Assembly (NCBI GenBank): GCA_902806415.1
Contig: CADCWN010000056.1
Coordinates: 7,875-71,874, forward strand
Length of the DNA stretch: 64,000 nt
From: an uncultured Thermomicrobiales bacterium
GTDB taxonomy: Bacteria; Chloroflexota; Chloroflexia; Thermomicrobiales; CADCWN01
Direction of reading: 5' to 3'
Part shown: piece by piece, positions 55,321 to 64,000 of the stretch
Numbering within the stretch: position 1 is the first letter of the stretch
How the letters are laid out: each line of letters opens with the position of its first letter
The notes under the pieces: generated by a model
The model's database searches: none
What the model saw: the letters and a program-made list of their open reading frames with translations, nothing else
Told to the model about the DNA's origin: nothing
Translations under genes and position numbers: made by a program

Positions 55321-55889
55321 AGATGACCCCCTTCGCGATGGTTCCCATCCCCATAGGAACCGGTACAATGAGGCGACGGGGCACATTCCCTCGTCCCGCC
55401 GCCATATCTCACCACACGGCGCGTTCTTCCCTCCGCAGCCGTGAATGGCGCACCTTAATCGGCAGATCGCAACCCACCGATACCTGGCAACAGACTTGTG
55501 GCAGCACCGCCGACGGCGGCGCTGCTCCCCCCGCTCAGGATGCTGGCAGGAGCCCATGACGGACACCGCCGGACAGGCATCCTATCCCGTTAAACGCACC
55601 CCATCGGCAGCAGGTAGCAAGCAAGCTAACAAGAATAACGCCACCTGGCGCGGAGAAGCCGCGCTGCCCCCGCGGTATCAATCTACCGTGCCATGCGCGA
55701 TGGCAACGAGCAGCCTATTGATCGCGGGCACACAAAGGCAACTATACCAACGTCGGTCAAACACCACAACAGGTGCAGCTTCCGTGCGGCGATACCCGAC
55801 CCGATTCCCCCGGATACTTGCAGTATACACGCCCTATGCAAGCCCCCCTTACCCCTCGGGTGCGGAGACACAATTTATGTGTTAAGAAG

Positions 55890-57038
55890 TCACAGCTGCC
55901 AGTAGGGACGTTGCGTGCTGAGCACTGCGGTGAGGGTATGCTCGGCGTCCAGCCCGACTTCGCGCCGTGTGCGCGCGATGAGCAAGCGCGCGAGGGCGGG
56001 GTCGGGCCACGGCTCCGCGACGCCCGCCAACGCCTCGATCACCGCCAGGGTGCAGGCCGGCACGTAGGTCTGGCTGTAGCCGCCCTCGTGGACGACAACA
56101 AGTTGCCCGTCGCAGCATTCGTCGGCCAACGCCATCGCCGCGCGCGTCAACTCGCGGAATCCGGCGGAGGAGAGGTTCATCCGCCCGAGCGGATCGAATG
56201 CGCCGGCATCGAGACCGCAGGAGATCAGCAGCAATTCGGGCGCGAACTGGCGCACGATCGGCGCGACGACCCGCTCGATCGCCGCGGCGTAGGCCGCGTC
56301 GCCGCATCCCGGTGGCAGCGGGATGTTGACCGTCTTACCCACCCCCTCGCCTGACCCGATCTGCTCGACCAGTCCCATGTCAACCGGGAAGAGGCCATCC
56401 TGATGGAGGGAGACGAACAGCACCTCGCCGTCGGCGTAGAACGCCTCCTGCGTGCCGTTGCCGTCGTGGACATCCCAGTCGATGATGGCGATCCGCCGGA
56501 GGCCGTACGCGCGCTGCGCGTGCCGGGCGGCGATGGCGATATTGTTGAAGAGGCAGAAGCCCAGGCCGCGATCGGCGAGCGCGTGGTGACCGGGCGGGCG
56601 CACCAGCGCGTAGGCGTTGCACACCACGCCGCCGATGACGGCATCAACCGCCGCGATCGCGCCGCCCGCCGCCAGCGCGGCGATCGCGAAGCCGTCGGGG
56701 CCGAGGGGCGCGTTGACGCCCGCGTCGCCGCCGCCCGCCGCCGCCAGCGCCCGCACCCGCGCGACATAGTCGAGGGTATGGATCGTCGCCAGCTCCACAT
56801 CGGTGGCGGGGCGCGGGGCGATCGGGGTCAACCGTTCCCCGAGGCCGGAAAGGTCGAGCAGATGCTTCGCCCGCCCGACGGTGCGCGGGCTGGAAGGGTG
56901 CGGCTCCGGCTCCGCGTAGGGGTAGGGCGCGAGGGGCGAACCGCTCCGCGCGAGCCCCATGTTGTGCTGCAAGTAGCGATCGTGAAAGACCAAGCCCGTG
57001 CCAGCGGCCCCATCCGCACCCGTCATCAGCCCCTCCAT
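55890..57038 (-). CDS. zinc-dependent histone-deacetylase-family amidohydrolase (class II HDAC/AcuC/APAH-like)
   Basis: RPPGHHA, IIDWDVHDGNGTQ and GGYS motifs. The start is ATG 57038 or 57026. Confidence 0.85.
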   Translation of the reverse strand: MEGLMTGADGAAGTGLVFHDRYLQHNMGLARSGSPLAPYPYAEPEPHPSSPRTVGRAKHLLDLSGLGERLTPIAPRPATDVELATIHTLDYVARVRALAAAGGGDAGVNAPLGPDGFAIAALAAGGAIAAVDAVIGGVVCNAYALVRPPGHHALADRGLGFCLFNNIAIAARHAQRAYGLRRIAIIDWDVHDGNGTQEAFYADGEVLFVSLHQDGLFPVDMGLVEQIGSGEGVGKTVNIPLPPGCGDAAYAAAIERVVAPIVRQFAPELLLISCGLDAGAFDPLGRMNLSSAGFRELTRAAMALADECCDGQLVVVHEGGYSQTYVPACTLAVIEALAGVAEPWPDPALARLLIARTRREVGLDAEHTLTAVLSTQRPYWQL

Positions 57039-57222
57039 ATCTCCGTTCACGCCCCTGCGTTTTGGTTCAGCATATGCGCTCAACAGAAGGCAGAAGGCGG
57101 GACTATACACGAAGTCGCCGCGCGCCGTGAGTAGGCGACACCGCCCGAAGGTGGTAGGATCGGGCGCGGGCGACACCGCGCGCCAGCCGGATCGGCGGGT
57201 CGACCGTCGTGGAGGGGGGACC

Positions 57223-58422
57223 ATGAAGGCGTTGCTGCTGACCAATGAGTATCCGCCCCATGTCTACGGCGGGGCGGGGGTCCATGTCGAATTCCTCAGT
57301 CGCGAACTCGCCCGCCTGATCGACGTGGAGGTGCGCTCGTTCGGCGATCAGCGGAGCGATCAGGGGCGGCTGGCCGTGCGCGGCTATGGCCTCGACGACA
57401 GCGGCTTCACCGCGCCAGCGTATTTACGCCCAGTCCTCGGCGCGATGGCCCGCAACGTCGCCTTCGCGGCGACCGATGTCGATGCCAGCGTCGTCCACTG
57501 CCACACCTGGTACACCAATCTGGCCGGGTTGCTGATCAAGCAGGCGTATGGCATCCCGTTGGTGCTGACGACCCACTCGCTCGAACCGCTGCGCCCCTGG
57601 AAGCGCGAGCAATTGCGCGGCGGCTACGACCTCTCCAATTGGGTCGAGGGGACGGCACTGCGCGAGGCCGACGCGGTGATCGCCGTCTCCGAGGGGACGC
57701 GCGCCGATGTTCTGCGCGTATCCGATGCGCGCCCGGAGCGGGTCCACGTCATCTACAACGGGATCGACACCGACCTCTATCGCCCGACCGACAAGCACGA
57801 CGCGCTGCTCCGCTACGGGATCGATCCGTCGCGCCCGTACGTCCTCTTCGTGGGGCGGATAACCCGGCAGAAGGGGATCATCCATCTCGTCCGCGCCCTC
57901 CCGGCGATCGATCCGGGGGCGCAGATCGTCCTCTGCGCCGGTGCGCCCGACACGCCGGAGATCGCCGCCGAGATGGAGGCGGCCGTCGCCGAGGTGGGCG
58001 CGCGGCGCGAGGGGATCATCTGGGTCCGCGAGATGGTCGAGCGCGAGGCGGTGATCCAGCTCTACTCGCACGCGACGGTCTTCTGCTGCCCGTCGATCTA
58101 CGAGCCGTTCGGGATCATCAACCTGGAGGCGATGGCCTGCGGCACACCGGTCGTCGCCAGCGCGGTCGGCGGGATCCCGGAGGTCGTGGCCGACGGCGAG
58201 ACCGGGCTGCTGGTGCCGGTCGAGCAGCAGCCCGTCGCCCCGTTCGAGCCGGTCGATCCGGCGGGCTTCAGCCGTGACCTCGCCGCCGCGCTGAACACGC
58301 TGCTCGCCGACCCCACCCGCCGCTCGGCGATGGGCGCGGCAGGCCGCCGTCGCGTCGAGGCACAGTTCTCCTGGGGCGCGATCGCGCGGCAAACAACCGA
58401 GCTGTACACATCGCTCGTGTGA
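57223..58422 (+). CDS. GT4-family glycosyltransferase (actinobacterial glycogen-synthase-like)
   Basis: MKALLLTNEYPPHVYGGAGVHV...EPFGIINLEAMACGTPVVAS. ATG after GGAGGGGGG. Confidence 0.8.
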   Translation: MKALLLTNEYPPHVYGGAGVHVEFLSRELARLIDVEVRSFGDQRSDQGRLAVRGYGLDDSGFTAPAYLRPVLGAMARNVAFAATDVDASVVHCHTWYTNLAGLLIKQAYGIPLVLTTHSLEPLRPWKREQLRGGYDLSNWVEGTALREADAVIAVSEGTRADVLRVSDARPERVHVIYNGIDTDLYRPTDKHDALLRYGIDPSRPYVLFVGRITRQKGIIHLVRALPAIDPGAQIVLCAGAPDTPEIAAEMEAAVAEVGARREGIIWVREMVEREAVIQLYSHATVFCCPSIYEPFGIINLEAMACGTPVVASAVGGIPEVVADGETGLLVPVEQQPVAPFEPVDPAGFSRDLAAALNTLLADPTRRSAMGAAGRRRVEAQFSWGAIARQTTELYTSLV

Positions 58423-58430
58423 GGCCCGCG

Positions 58431-58495
58431 AGAAGTACGAAGTACGAGGTGGGGAACGGCATCGCGCCACTACTTCGTACTTCGTACTTACCTCG
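58431..58495. repeat. inverted (GAAGTAC)n heptamer hairpin between convergent genes
   Basis: agaagtacgaagtacgagg ... ctacttcgtacttcgtacttacctcg. Confidence 0.75.
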
Positions 58496-59060
58496 TTCCT
58501 GGCGCTACGAAGGGGTATCTCTCCCGGAAGTCGTCTTCCAGGATCGACATGATGATCGAGTCGTAGTAGCGCCCGCCGAGGAAAGTGTGCTCGCGGAAGA
58601 CGCCATCGCGCCCGAAGCCGCACTTCTCGTAGGCGCGCAGGGCACGCTCGTTGAACGCCTCGACCCGCAGCCAGACCTTGTGCAAGTTCAGCTCGTGGAA
58701 GAGGTAGCCGAGGTAAGCGATCAGCGCGTCGCTACCGTAGCCGCGCCCCCAGTAGTCGCGCTCGCCGATCATCAGGGCGATCTCAGTGTGGCGGTTGCGC
58801 CGGTCGAGATCGACGTAGCCGATCCGCCCGATCGTCTCGCCACGCCCCGCCTCGTCGCGCGTGGTGATCAGCAGCCAATGGGCGCGCCCGGTCGAGGCGC
58901 TGAGGCCGGCACCGTAGCGCCCGTCCAGATCCTCGCGCGACATCGTCTTGTGCGGCTCGGCCCAGTAGTACATCGCCTCCGCGTCGTTGTACCAACGCCA
59001 GAGCGCGTCGAGATCCTCGCGCTCGATCGCGCGCAGGGTCGTGAGTTGGCCGTGAATCAT
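58488..59060 (-). CDS. GNAT acetyltransferase (RimJ/RimL-like)
   Basis: 190 aa with LRAIEREDLDALWRWYND and YWGRGYGSDA motifs. Confidence 0.8.
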   Translation of the reverse strand: MIHGQLTTLRAIEREDLDALWRWYNDAEAMYYWAEPHKTMSREDLDGRYGAGLSASTGRAHWLLITTRDEAGRGETIGRIGYVDLDRRNRHTEIALMIGERDYWGRGYGSDALIAYLGYLFHELNLHKVWLRVEAFNERALRAYEKCGFGRDGVFREHTFLGGRYYDSIIMSILEDDFRERYPFVAPGTR

Positions 59061-59074
59061 CGCGTCTCCTCGCG

Positions 59075-59126
59075 GACCTCTCCCCGCCGCTGCGGCAGCG
59101 ACCCTCCTCTCCAGGGGAGGGTGGGG
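59075..59126. repeat. copy of hairpin-rich dispersed repeat
   Basis: gacctctccccgccgctgcggcagcgaccctcctctccaggggagggtgggg. Confidence 0.7.
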
Positions 59127-59210
59127 CTTGCTGCTCTTACGGCAAGACGCATCCCCTCACTGGCCATCTTCTCCCCGCCCCCTCCGTGTCTCTGTGTCTC
59201 CTGTTCCGTC

Positions 59211-59285
59211 CTCACTTGTCACTCGACACTCGGCACTCGGCACTTTCTACTCGCCCACTCGCCCACTCGCCCACTCGCTCACTCC
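59211..59285. repeat. compound short tandem repeats (GTCACTY, GCACTCG heptamers; CGCCCACT octamers)
   Basis: ctcacttgtcactcgacactcggcactcggcactttctactcgcccactcgcccactcgcccactcgctcactcc. It overlaps the Sir2 stop codon. Confidence 0.8.
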
Positions 59286-60097
59286 GCCAGCCGCGCCCGC
59301 ACCTCCGGCATGACGCGCGCCATGATCTCGCCCGCCGCGCCGCGCAGCAGGAGTTGGGCCAAGCCGTCGAGCGGCGTCGGCGTCTGGTTGAGGATGGCGA
59401 TATAGGCGCCGGCCTCGGCGGCGATCCGCGGCAATTGCGCGGCGGGGTTGACCACCAGCGACGAGCCGATGATCAGGAAGAGATCGCAGGCTCGCGCGGC
59501 CTCGATCGCCCGCCGCAACGGCTCGCGCGGCATCGCCTCGCCGAACGCGATCGTCGCGGCGCGCAGGGTACCGCCGCAGACGCGACAGGCCGGGATCGCC
59601 TCGCCGGCATCGAGGCGCGCGGAGATCGCGTCGCGCGTCTCGGTCGCCCCGCAGGTCATGCAGTAGACCCGGTGCGCGGTGCCATGCAGTTCGATCGTGC
59701 GCTCCGACGACGATCCGGCGAGGGTGTGGAGGCCGTCGATATTCTGCGTGATCAGCAATTCCAGCTTGCCCAGGCGCTCCAACTCGACCAGGGCCAGGTG
59801 GGCCGGATTGGGCCGCGCCTCGCGGATGACCGCGTAGGTGTTGCGCCCGCGCCGCCAATACTCGCGCTTCCCCTCGTCGGACGAGAGGAACGTCTGATAA
59901 TCGACCGGCTTGTAACGATTCCAGATCCCGCCGGGCGAGCGGAAGTCCGGTATCCCGGACTCGGTGCTGATCCCCGCGCCGGTGAAGACGACCAGCCGCT
60001 CGGCATCGGCCAGGACCGCCGCGAGGCCGACGATCCCTTCCTCAAGGTTCCGTGTATCCTGTGATACTGTCCCTTCTCCCGCGCTGTCGCCCGCCAA
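59279..60097 (-). CDS. Sir2-family NAD-dependent protein deacylase; start uncertain
   Basis: VVFTGAGISTESGIPDFRSPGGIW, ITQNIDGLH, and Zn motif CMTCG...CRVCGG. TTG 60097 follows GGGAGGGG. ATG 60169 would leave only 15 bp to the divergent gene. Confidence 0.8.
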   Translation of the reverse strand: MAGDSAGEGTVSQDTRNLEEGIVGLAAVLADAERLVVFTGAGISTESGIPDFRSPGGIWNRYKPVDYQTFLSSDEGKREYWRRGRNTYAVIREARPNPAHLALVELERLGKLELLITQNIDGLHTLAGSSSERTIELHGTAHRVYCMTCGATETRDAISARLDAGEAIPACRVCGGTLRAATIAFGEAMPREPLRRAIEAARACDLFLIIGSSLVVNPAAQLPRIAAEAGAYIAILNQTPTPLDGLAQLLLRGAAGEIMARVMPEVRARLAE

Positions 60098-60184
60098 TCG
60101 CCCCTCCCTACCGCGATCTGCGGCTCTGTGTGGGAGAGGATAGCAGAATGATTGTGTGATGAGCGGCATGAGGGAACTCGGCAG

Positions 60185-61057
60185 ATGATCGAGGAACAGG
60201 TCACGATCGGGGATGCGACGCTGTGGACCGCACGGCAAGGCACCGGCCCGGCATTGGTCCTCTGCCACGGCGGGCCAGGACTCTGGGATTACCTCGGCCC
60301 GCTGGCCGACATGATCGATGATCGGGCGACGGTCTATCGCTACGATCAGCGCGCCTGTGGTCGCTCATCCGGCGGGCCACCCTTCGATGTGGCTACCGCC
60401 ATCGCCGATCTCGAAGCGCTGCGCGCACGATGGGGCGTGGACAGCTGGGTGGTGGGTGGGCACTCCTGGGGCGCGACCCTCGCCCTCCTCTATTGCCTCG
60501 CGCAACCGGCACAGGCACGCGGCTTGATCTACGTCGCGGGGACCGGCATCGACCCTGCCTGGCACGCCGACTACAGGGCGAACCACGCGGCAAGGCTCGG
60601 CCCGGCGGGCCAGGCGCGGCTCGCCGCGCTCAAGGAGCGGCGCGAGCAGGCGACGGACGTGGAGTGGGCTGCGCTGGATCGGGAGTACTGCACCCTGGTG
60701 TGGTCCACCGATTTCGGCAACAAAGCACGCGGGCGGGAATTGGCAGGAGAACTCTTCGTCGACGACCTCCACCCGAACTACGCGGTCAACCAGCTGCTCA
60801 ACAGCGACGCGAAGCGCCGGGTCGAGGGAGCCTCGATAGCGACCCGGGTGCGGGAACTCCACATCCCGGCGCTGGTCATCCACGGCGACGCTGATCCTCG
60901 ACCGGCGTGGAGCGCCCGGCATCTCGCTGCCCATCTCCCAGACGCTCAACTCCACATCCTGCCCGGCGTCGGCCACCTGCCGTGGTTAGAACAGCCGGAG
61001 GGCTTCGCGATGCTCGTACGCGCATTCCTCAGGGATCACCTCGCACCACCGCTTTGA
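60185..61057 (+). CDS. alpha/beta hydrolase (proline iminopeptidase-like)
   Basis: HGGPG oxyanion motif, GHSWG nucleophile elbow, C-terminal GHLPW. Confidence 0.8.
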   Translation: MIEEQVTIGDATLWTARQGTGPALVLCHGGPGLWDYLGPLADMIDDRATVYRYDQRACGRSSGGPPFDVATAIADLEALRARWGVDSWVVGGHSWGATLALLYCLAQPAQARGLIYVAGTGIDPAWHADYRANHAARLGPAGQARLAALKERREQATDVEWAALDREYCTLVWSTDFGNKARGRELAGELFVDDLHPNYAVNQLLNSDAKRRVEGASIATRVRELHIPALVIHGDADPRPAWSARHLAAHLPDAQLHILPGVGHLPWLEQPEGFAMLVRAFLRDHLAPPL

Positions 61058-61277
61058 CACCCCTCAGCCACATCCCTATACTTTTCCCCTACTGAGGATA
61101 GCCTGCGTGTTCCAGTGCTCGCATCCGTTCCCGGGTGCGCGAGGATACCGCGCGATGACACTGCGGTAGGGCAGCTTCATCGGGCTGCATGCCGGGGCCT
61201 ATGCGCGAAGCCAAGCGGCTTGACGAGCGTTCTCGCTACAGCCGCCGTTAACCAGTTCGATTCGGAGGTATGCCACG

Positions 61278-64000
61278 ATTCCGCCGCCCTGGGGTCTGCT
61301 AACGCTGGGCCTGCTGACCCTCATACCGGGCGACGCCTTGTGCCGCCTCTGCTTCGCGCCTTCCCACGCGGCGAGCTCTCGTCTCGCGCTCACCCCCGGC
61401 GAAGGGTTGTTCCTGCGACTCTTCGGCGGGATGCTGCTCGTGGGGTGGTGGGCGCTCGCCCTGGCCGAGGCGGGCCGGTTCGGCCCTAGTGGGGTGCTGA
61501 TTGGCGTCGCGGTGATCAGCGGCGTCCTCTACGCGCTGGCCTGGCGGCTGCGCGAGCCGTTCAGCTTCACCACCCCGCACCTCCGACCGACCGTGGCGGG
61601 CGGCGCACTGGCCGCGCTCCTGCTGCTGGCGGGCGCGCTCACCTTCAGCCACCCGTTCGAGACGATCGTGGGCGGCGAGGACGCGGGGATCTACTTCAAC
61701 ACCGGGGGGCTGATTGCGCGCACGGGGGCAATCAGGGCGATCGATCCCGGCCTGGGTGCGTTCGGCGACGCGCCACGGGATGCGGCGGCGGAGGGGGCCG
61801 CGCGCCACGTCCTGCTCCCGCCGCCCGACCGGGGCGGGCAGGACAAACGCTTCCTCTTCCTCGACTGGCAACGCCTCTCCGGCTTCAACCTCGTCCCCGG
61901 CGCGGGGAACACGGTCACGCCGCAGTTCCTCCACCTCTTCCCGACCTGGCTGGCCCTCTGGGCGACGTTCGGCGGCGGGGTCGGGGCGATGGTCTACGGC
62001 GGCGCGGCGTTCGGGCTACTGGGCGTCGCCACGACGACCCTGCTGGCGCGGCGACTCTTCGGGACGGCGGTCGGGCTGCTGGCCGGGGCGCTCCTGGCTT
62101 TCAACGGGCTCCAACTCTGGTTCGCGCGTCAGGCGCTGACCGAGGTGCTGTTGCAGGCGCTCCTCGTCGGCGGGCTCTTCGCCTGGGCGCTCTTCGTCGA
62201 GGCGAGGCAGGTCGGTGACCGGGCGGCGGCGCGCGGCGCGGCGACGCTCGCCGGTCTGGCCCTCGGCAGCGTCGCCCTCGCGCACGCGCAGTTCGTCTTC
62301 GCCCTGCTCCCGGTAGCGGCGCTCGTCGCCTGGCTCTGGCTGGCGCGGCACTGGCGCAGTCTCTATGGCTGGTTCCTCATCCCGCTGGCGATCGTGCTGC
62401 TGCACGCGACCTTCCACATCGCGCGCTACTCGCTCGGCTACTTCGAGGGGATCTATCACCACGTTTGGAAGAACGCCGTGCGCGATTGGGAGCAGACCAC
62501 GCTGCTGATCCTCGGCCCCGCACTCGTCATCGCCGCCCTGGGGCTGCGGCCGATCCGCGACCGCTGGCTGCCGCTCGTCACCGATGCCCGCACCCTGCGC
62601 GCGGGGCGCTGGCTCGGCGCGGTCGGCGTCATCCTGGTCGGCACCTGGCTCTACCTGCTCCGGCCCGGCATCATCCGGCCCGACAATATCGGCGGTTTGA
62701 ATGGCTACATCGGCGCACCAGTCCCGCCGGGCGCGGCCTCCGCGCTCGTGTCGCTCGGCTGGTATCTCTCGCCGCTCGGCATGATCCTCGCCTTCGCCGG
62801 GCTCGCCCTGCTCCTGCTGCGCGACTTCGAGGAGCGGATCGCCGCCGCCCTCTGCCTGACCCTCCCGTTCGCGATCCTCTACCTGACCGGCACCTACACC
62901 CAGGGCGGCTATATCTACTCGCTGCGCCGCTTCGTGCCGCTCATCCTGCCGCTGGCGACGATCCTGATCGCCTACGCCTGCCTCCGCGCCGGTCCCGCCC
63001 TCGCGGCGACTTTGCGGCGACCAGCCCTCGCCCGGCCCCTCCGCGCGCTCGGCCTCGTCCCAGCGGCGGCGCTACTGCTCTTCCTCGGCGTCACCAACGC
63101 GCGCCTCGCGACGCACCGCGAGTATGCGGGTGTACTGGCGGCGACCGCGGCGCTGGCCGAGCGGATCGGGCCGGACGACATCCTCCTCTTCAGCGGCCCG
63201 CGCGACGAGACGCCGAAGCTGGCGACGCCGCTCCAATACCTCTTCGGGCGCGAGAGTTGGACGATCACGACCAACGGGCCGAGTGGGCCGAAGCTCGACG
63301 CCTGGATCGCGAGTCAGGAGGCGGCGGGGCGACGTGTCCATCTCCTAATGTCGGCGGGCGGCGGCAAGCTGTTCCTGCCCGGCCACCGCCTCGAAGCGGT
63401 CGAGCGGATCGACGTGCCGCTCTGGCAGTTCGAGAAATTGGACTTTCAGAAGCCGTTCAACCAGCAGAAGAACGCGCTCGGCTACACCCTCTACGCGCTA
63501 CGCCCGGTCCCCGTCGGGCAGAGCGCGCTGGGGACCTTGCCGTATCGCGTGGCGGTTGGCGCGGGGGACGAGTTCGCGCTGCTGAGCCCGACAGGCACCA
63601 CGCCGGGCTTCTACAATGTGGAAGAGGATCGGGATGGCGGTTCACCACCCTACCGCTGGACCGATGGCGAGGCGCTGTTGCGCGTCCCCTGGCCCGGCGA
63701 CGGTCGCCCGCTGACGCTGCGCCTCACCCTCAGCGCGGGGCCGCGACCGAGCGCGCTCCCACCGGCCCGGGTGGTCGTCGGTATCCGCCCCATGCCGGGC
63801 GACGTGGACAAAGAGCAGCAGTTGACCGTCCTGACTGTCGGCAACGACTGGGCCGAGTACACGATCACAATCCCCGCCGACGCCATCGCGCCAACCGGGG
63901 ATGGCACGGCGCTCATTCACCTCGCCATGCCGCGCGTCTTCGACGGCAAGAACTGGCAGCCCGCCCCCGGCGCGGTCTGGAAGCCAGTCAACTATCCCGA
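61278..64000 (+). CDS. very large polytopic membrane protein (GT-C/ArnT-like, tentative), partial; start unresolved
   Basis: Manual translation gives an open frame from the in-frame stop at 61221-61223 to the window end (absent from the track because it runs off the edge). About 12 or more TMs, then a soluble domain. There is no in-frame ATG/GTG before 61425. Candidates are ATT 61278, CTG 61296, TTG 61338, or ATG 61270 in another frame. Confidence 0.65.
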   Translation, partial: MPPPWGLLTLGLLTLIPGDALCRLCFAPSHAASSRLALTPGEGLFLRLFGGMLLVGWWALALAEAGRFGPSGVLIGVAVISGVLYALAWRLREPFSFTTPHLRPTVAGGALAALLLLAGALTFSHPFETIVGGEDAGIYFNTGGLIARTGAIRAIDPGLGAFGDAPRDAAAEGAARHVLLPPPDRGGQDKRFLFLDWQRLSGFNLVPGAGNTVTPQFLHLFPTWLALWATFGGGVGAMVYGGAAFGLLGVATTTLLARRLFGTAVGLLAGALLAFNGLQLWFARQALTEVLLQALLVGGLFAWALFVEARQVGDRAAARGAATLAGLALGSVALAHAQFVFALLPVAALVAWLWLARHWRSLYGWFLIPLAIVLLHATFHIARYSLGYFEGIYHHVWKNAVRDWEQTTLLILGPALVIAALGLRPIRDRWLPLVTDARTLRAGRWLGAVGVILVGTWLYLLRPGIIRPDNIGGLNGYIGAPVPPGAASALVSLGWYLSPLGMILAFAGLALLLLRDFEERIAAALCLTLPFAILYLTGTYTQGGYIYSLRRFVPLILPLATILIAYACLRAGPALAATLRRPALARPLRALGLVPAAALLLFLGVTNARLATHREYAGVLAATAALAERIGPDDILLFSGPRDETPKLATPLQYLFGRESWTITTNGPSGPKLDAWIASQEAAGRRVHLLMSAGGGKLFLPGHRLEAVERIDVPLWQFEKLDFQKPFNQQKNALGYTLYALRPVPVGQSALGTLPYRVAVGAGDEFALLSPTGTTPGFYNVEEDRDGGSPPYRWTDGEALLRVPWPGDGRPLTLRLTLSAGPRPSALPPARVVVGIRPMPGDVDKEQQLTVLTVGNDWAEYTITIPADAIAPTGDGTALIHLAMPRVFDGKNWQPAPGAVWKPVNYP

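Noticed and set aside
61270-61302. ATG 61270 as the start of an independent 10-codon ORF.
   Set aside because: It is more plausibly the true start of the large membrane protein displaced by a 1-nt indel, and the GGAGG lies only 1 nt from the ATG. It is reported as an unresolved start rather than a gene.

Overview
High-GC bacterial chromosomal window. By inference it is Chloroflexota-like: it has an auracyanin-type cupredoxin, GGGCGTATGCAATACGCCC-type palindromes and intergenic heptamer repeats. I support about 57 protein-coding genes, 3 tRNAs (Met-CAT, Ser-CGA, Ser-GGA), one glycosidase pseudogene and one transposase remnant. There is no rRNA and no CRISPR array. Several short dispersed or tandem repeat families are present.

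Most long ORFs in the six-frame track are antisense or off-frame shadows typical of GC-rich DNA. Two real genes are missing from the track because they run off the window edges (1..1473 minus; about 61278..64000 plus).

Main result: four genes are split or truncated in the track at in-frame TGA codons that align with catalytic Cys/Sec positions, and each TGA is followed by a hairpin.
- A SelW/Rdx-like CxxU protein (16510..16755).
- An OsmC/YhfA-like protein (16828..17247).
- selD (32703..33755).
- A formate dehydrogenase alpha subunit (39781..43008).

The SelW-like and OsmC-like genes are adjacent on the same strand and share one intrinsic terminator. I propose them as a two-gene selenium-based peroxide/redox module. 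This is the best candidate for an undescribed system here.

Other content:
- A DUF58/BatA/VWA cluster with no MoxR ATPase in the window.
- An Hsp20 plus CDC48-like AAA+ pair.
- A DUF433/DUF5615 toxin-antitoxin islet.
- hyuA, a small membrane ORF, then hyuB.
- A sugar cluster (GH76, ROK kinase, rpe, unknown).
- A deacetylase/acetyltransferase neighbourhood (HDAC-type, GNAT, Sir2).
- A candidate small RNA or leader with a consensus-like promoter and two terminators.
- rsfS, which appears to need a non-canonical ATC start.

All function calls rest on motifs and family knowledge recalled from memory. No searches were run.
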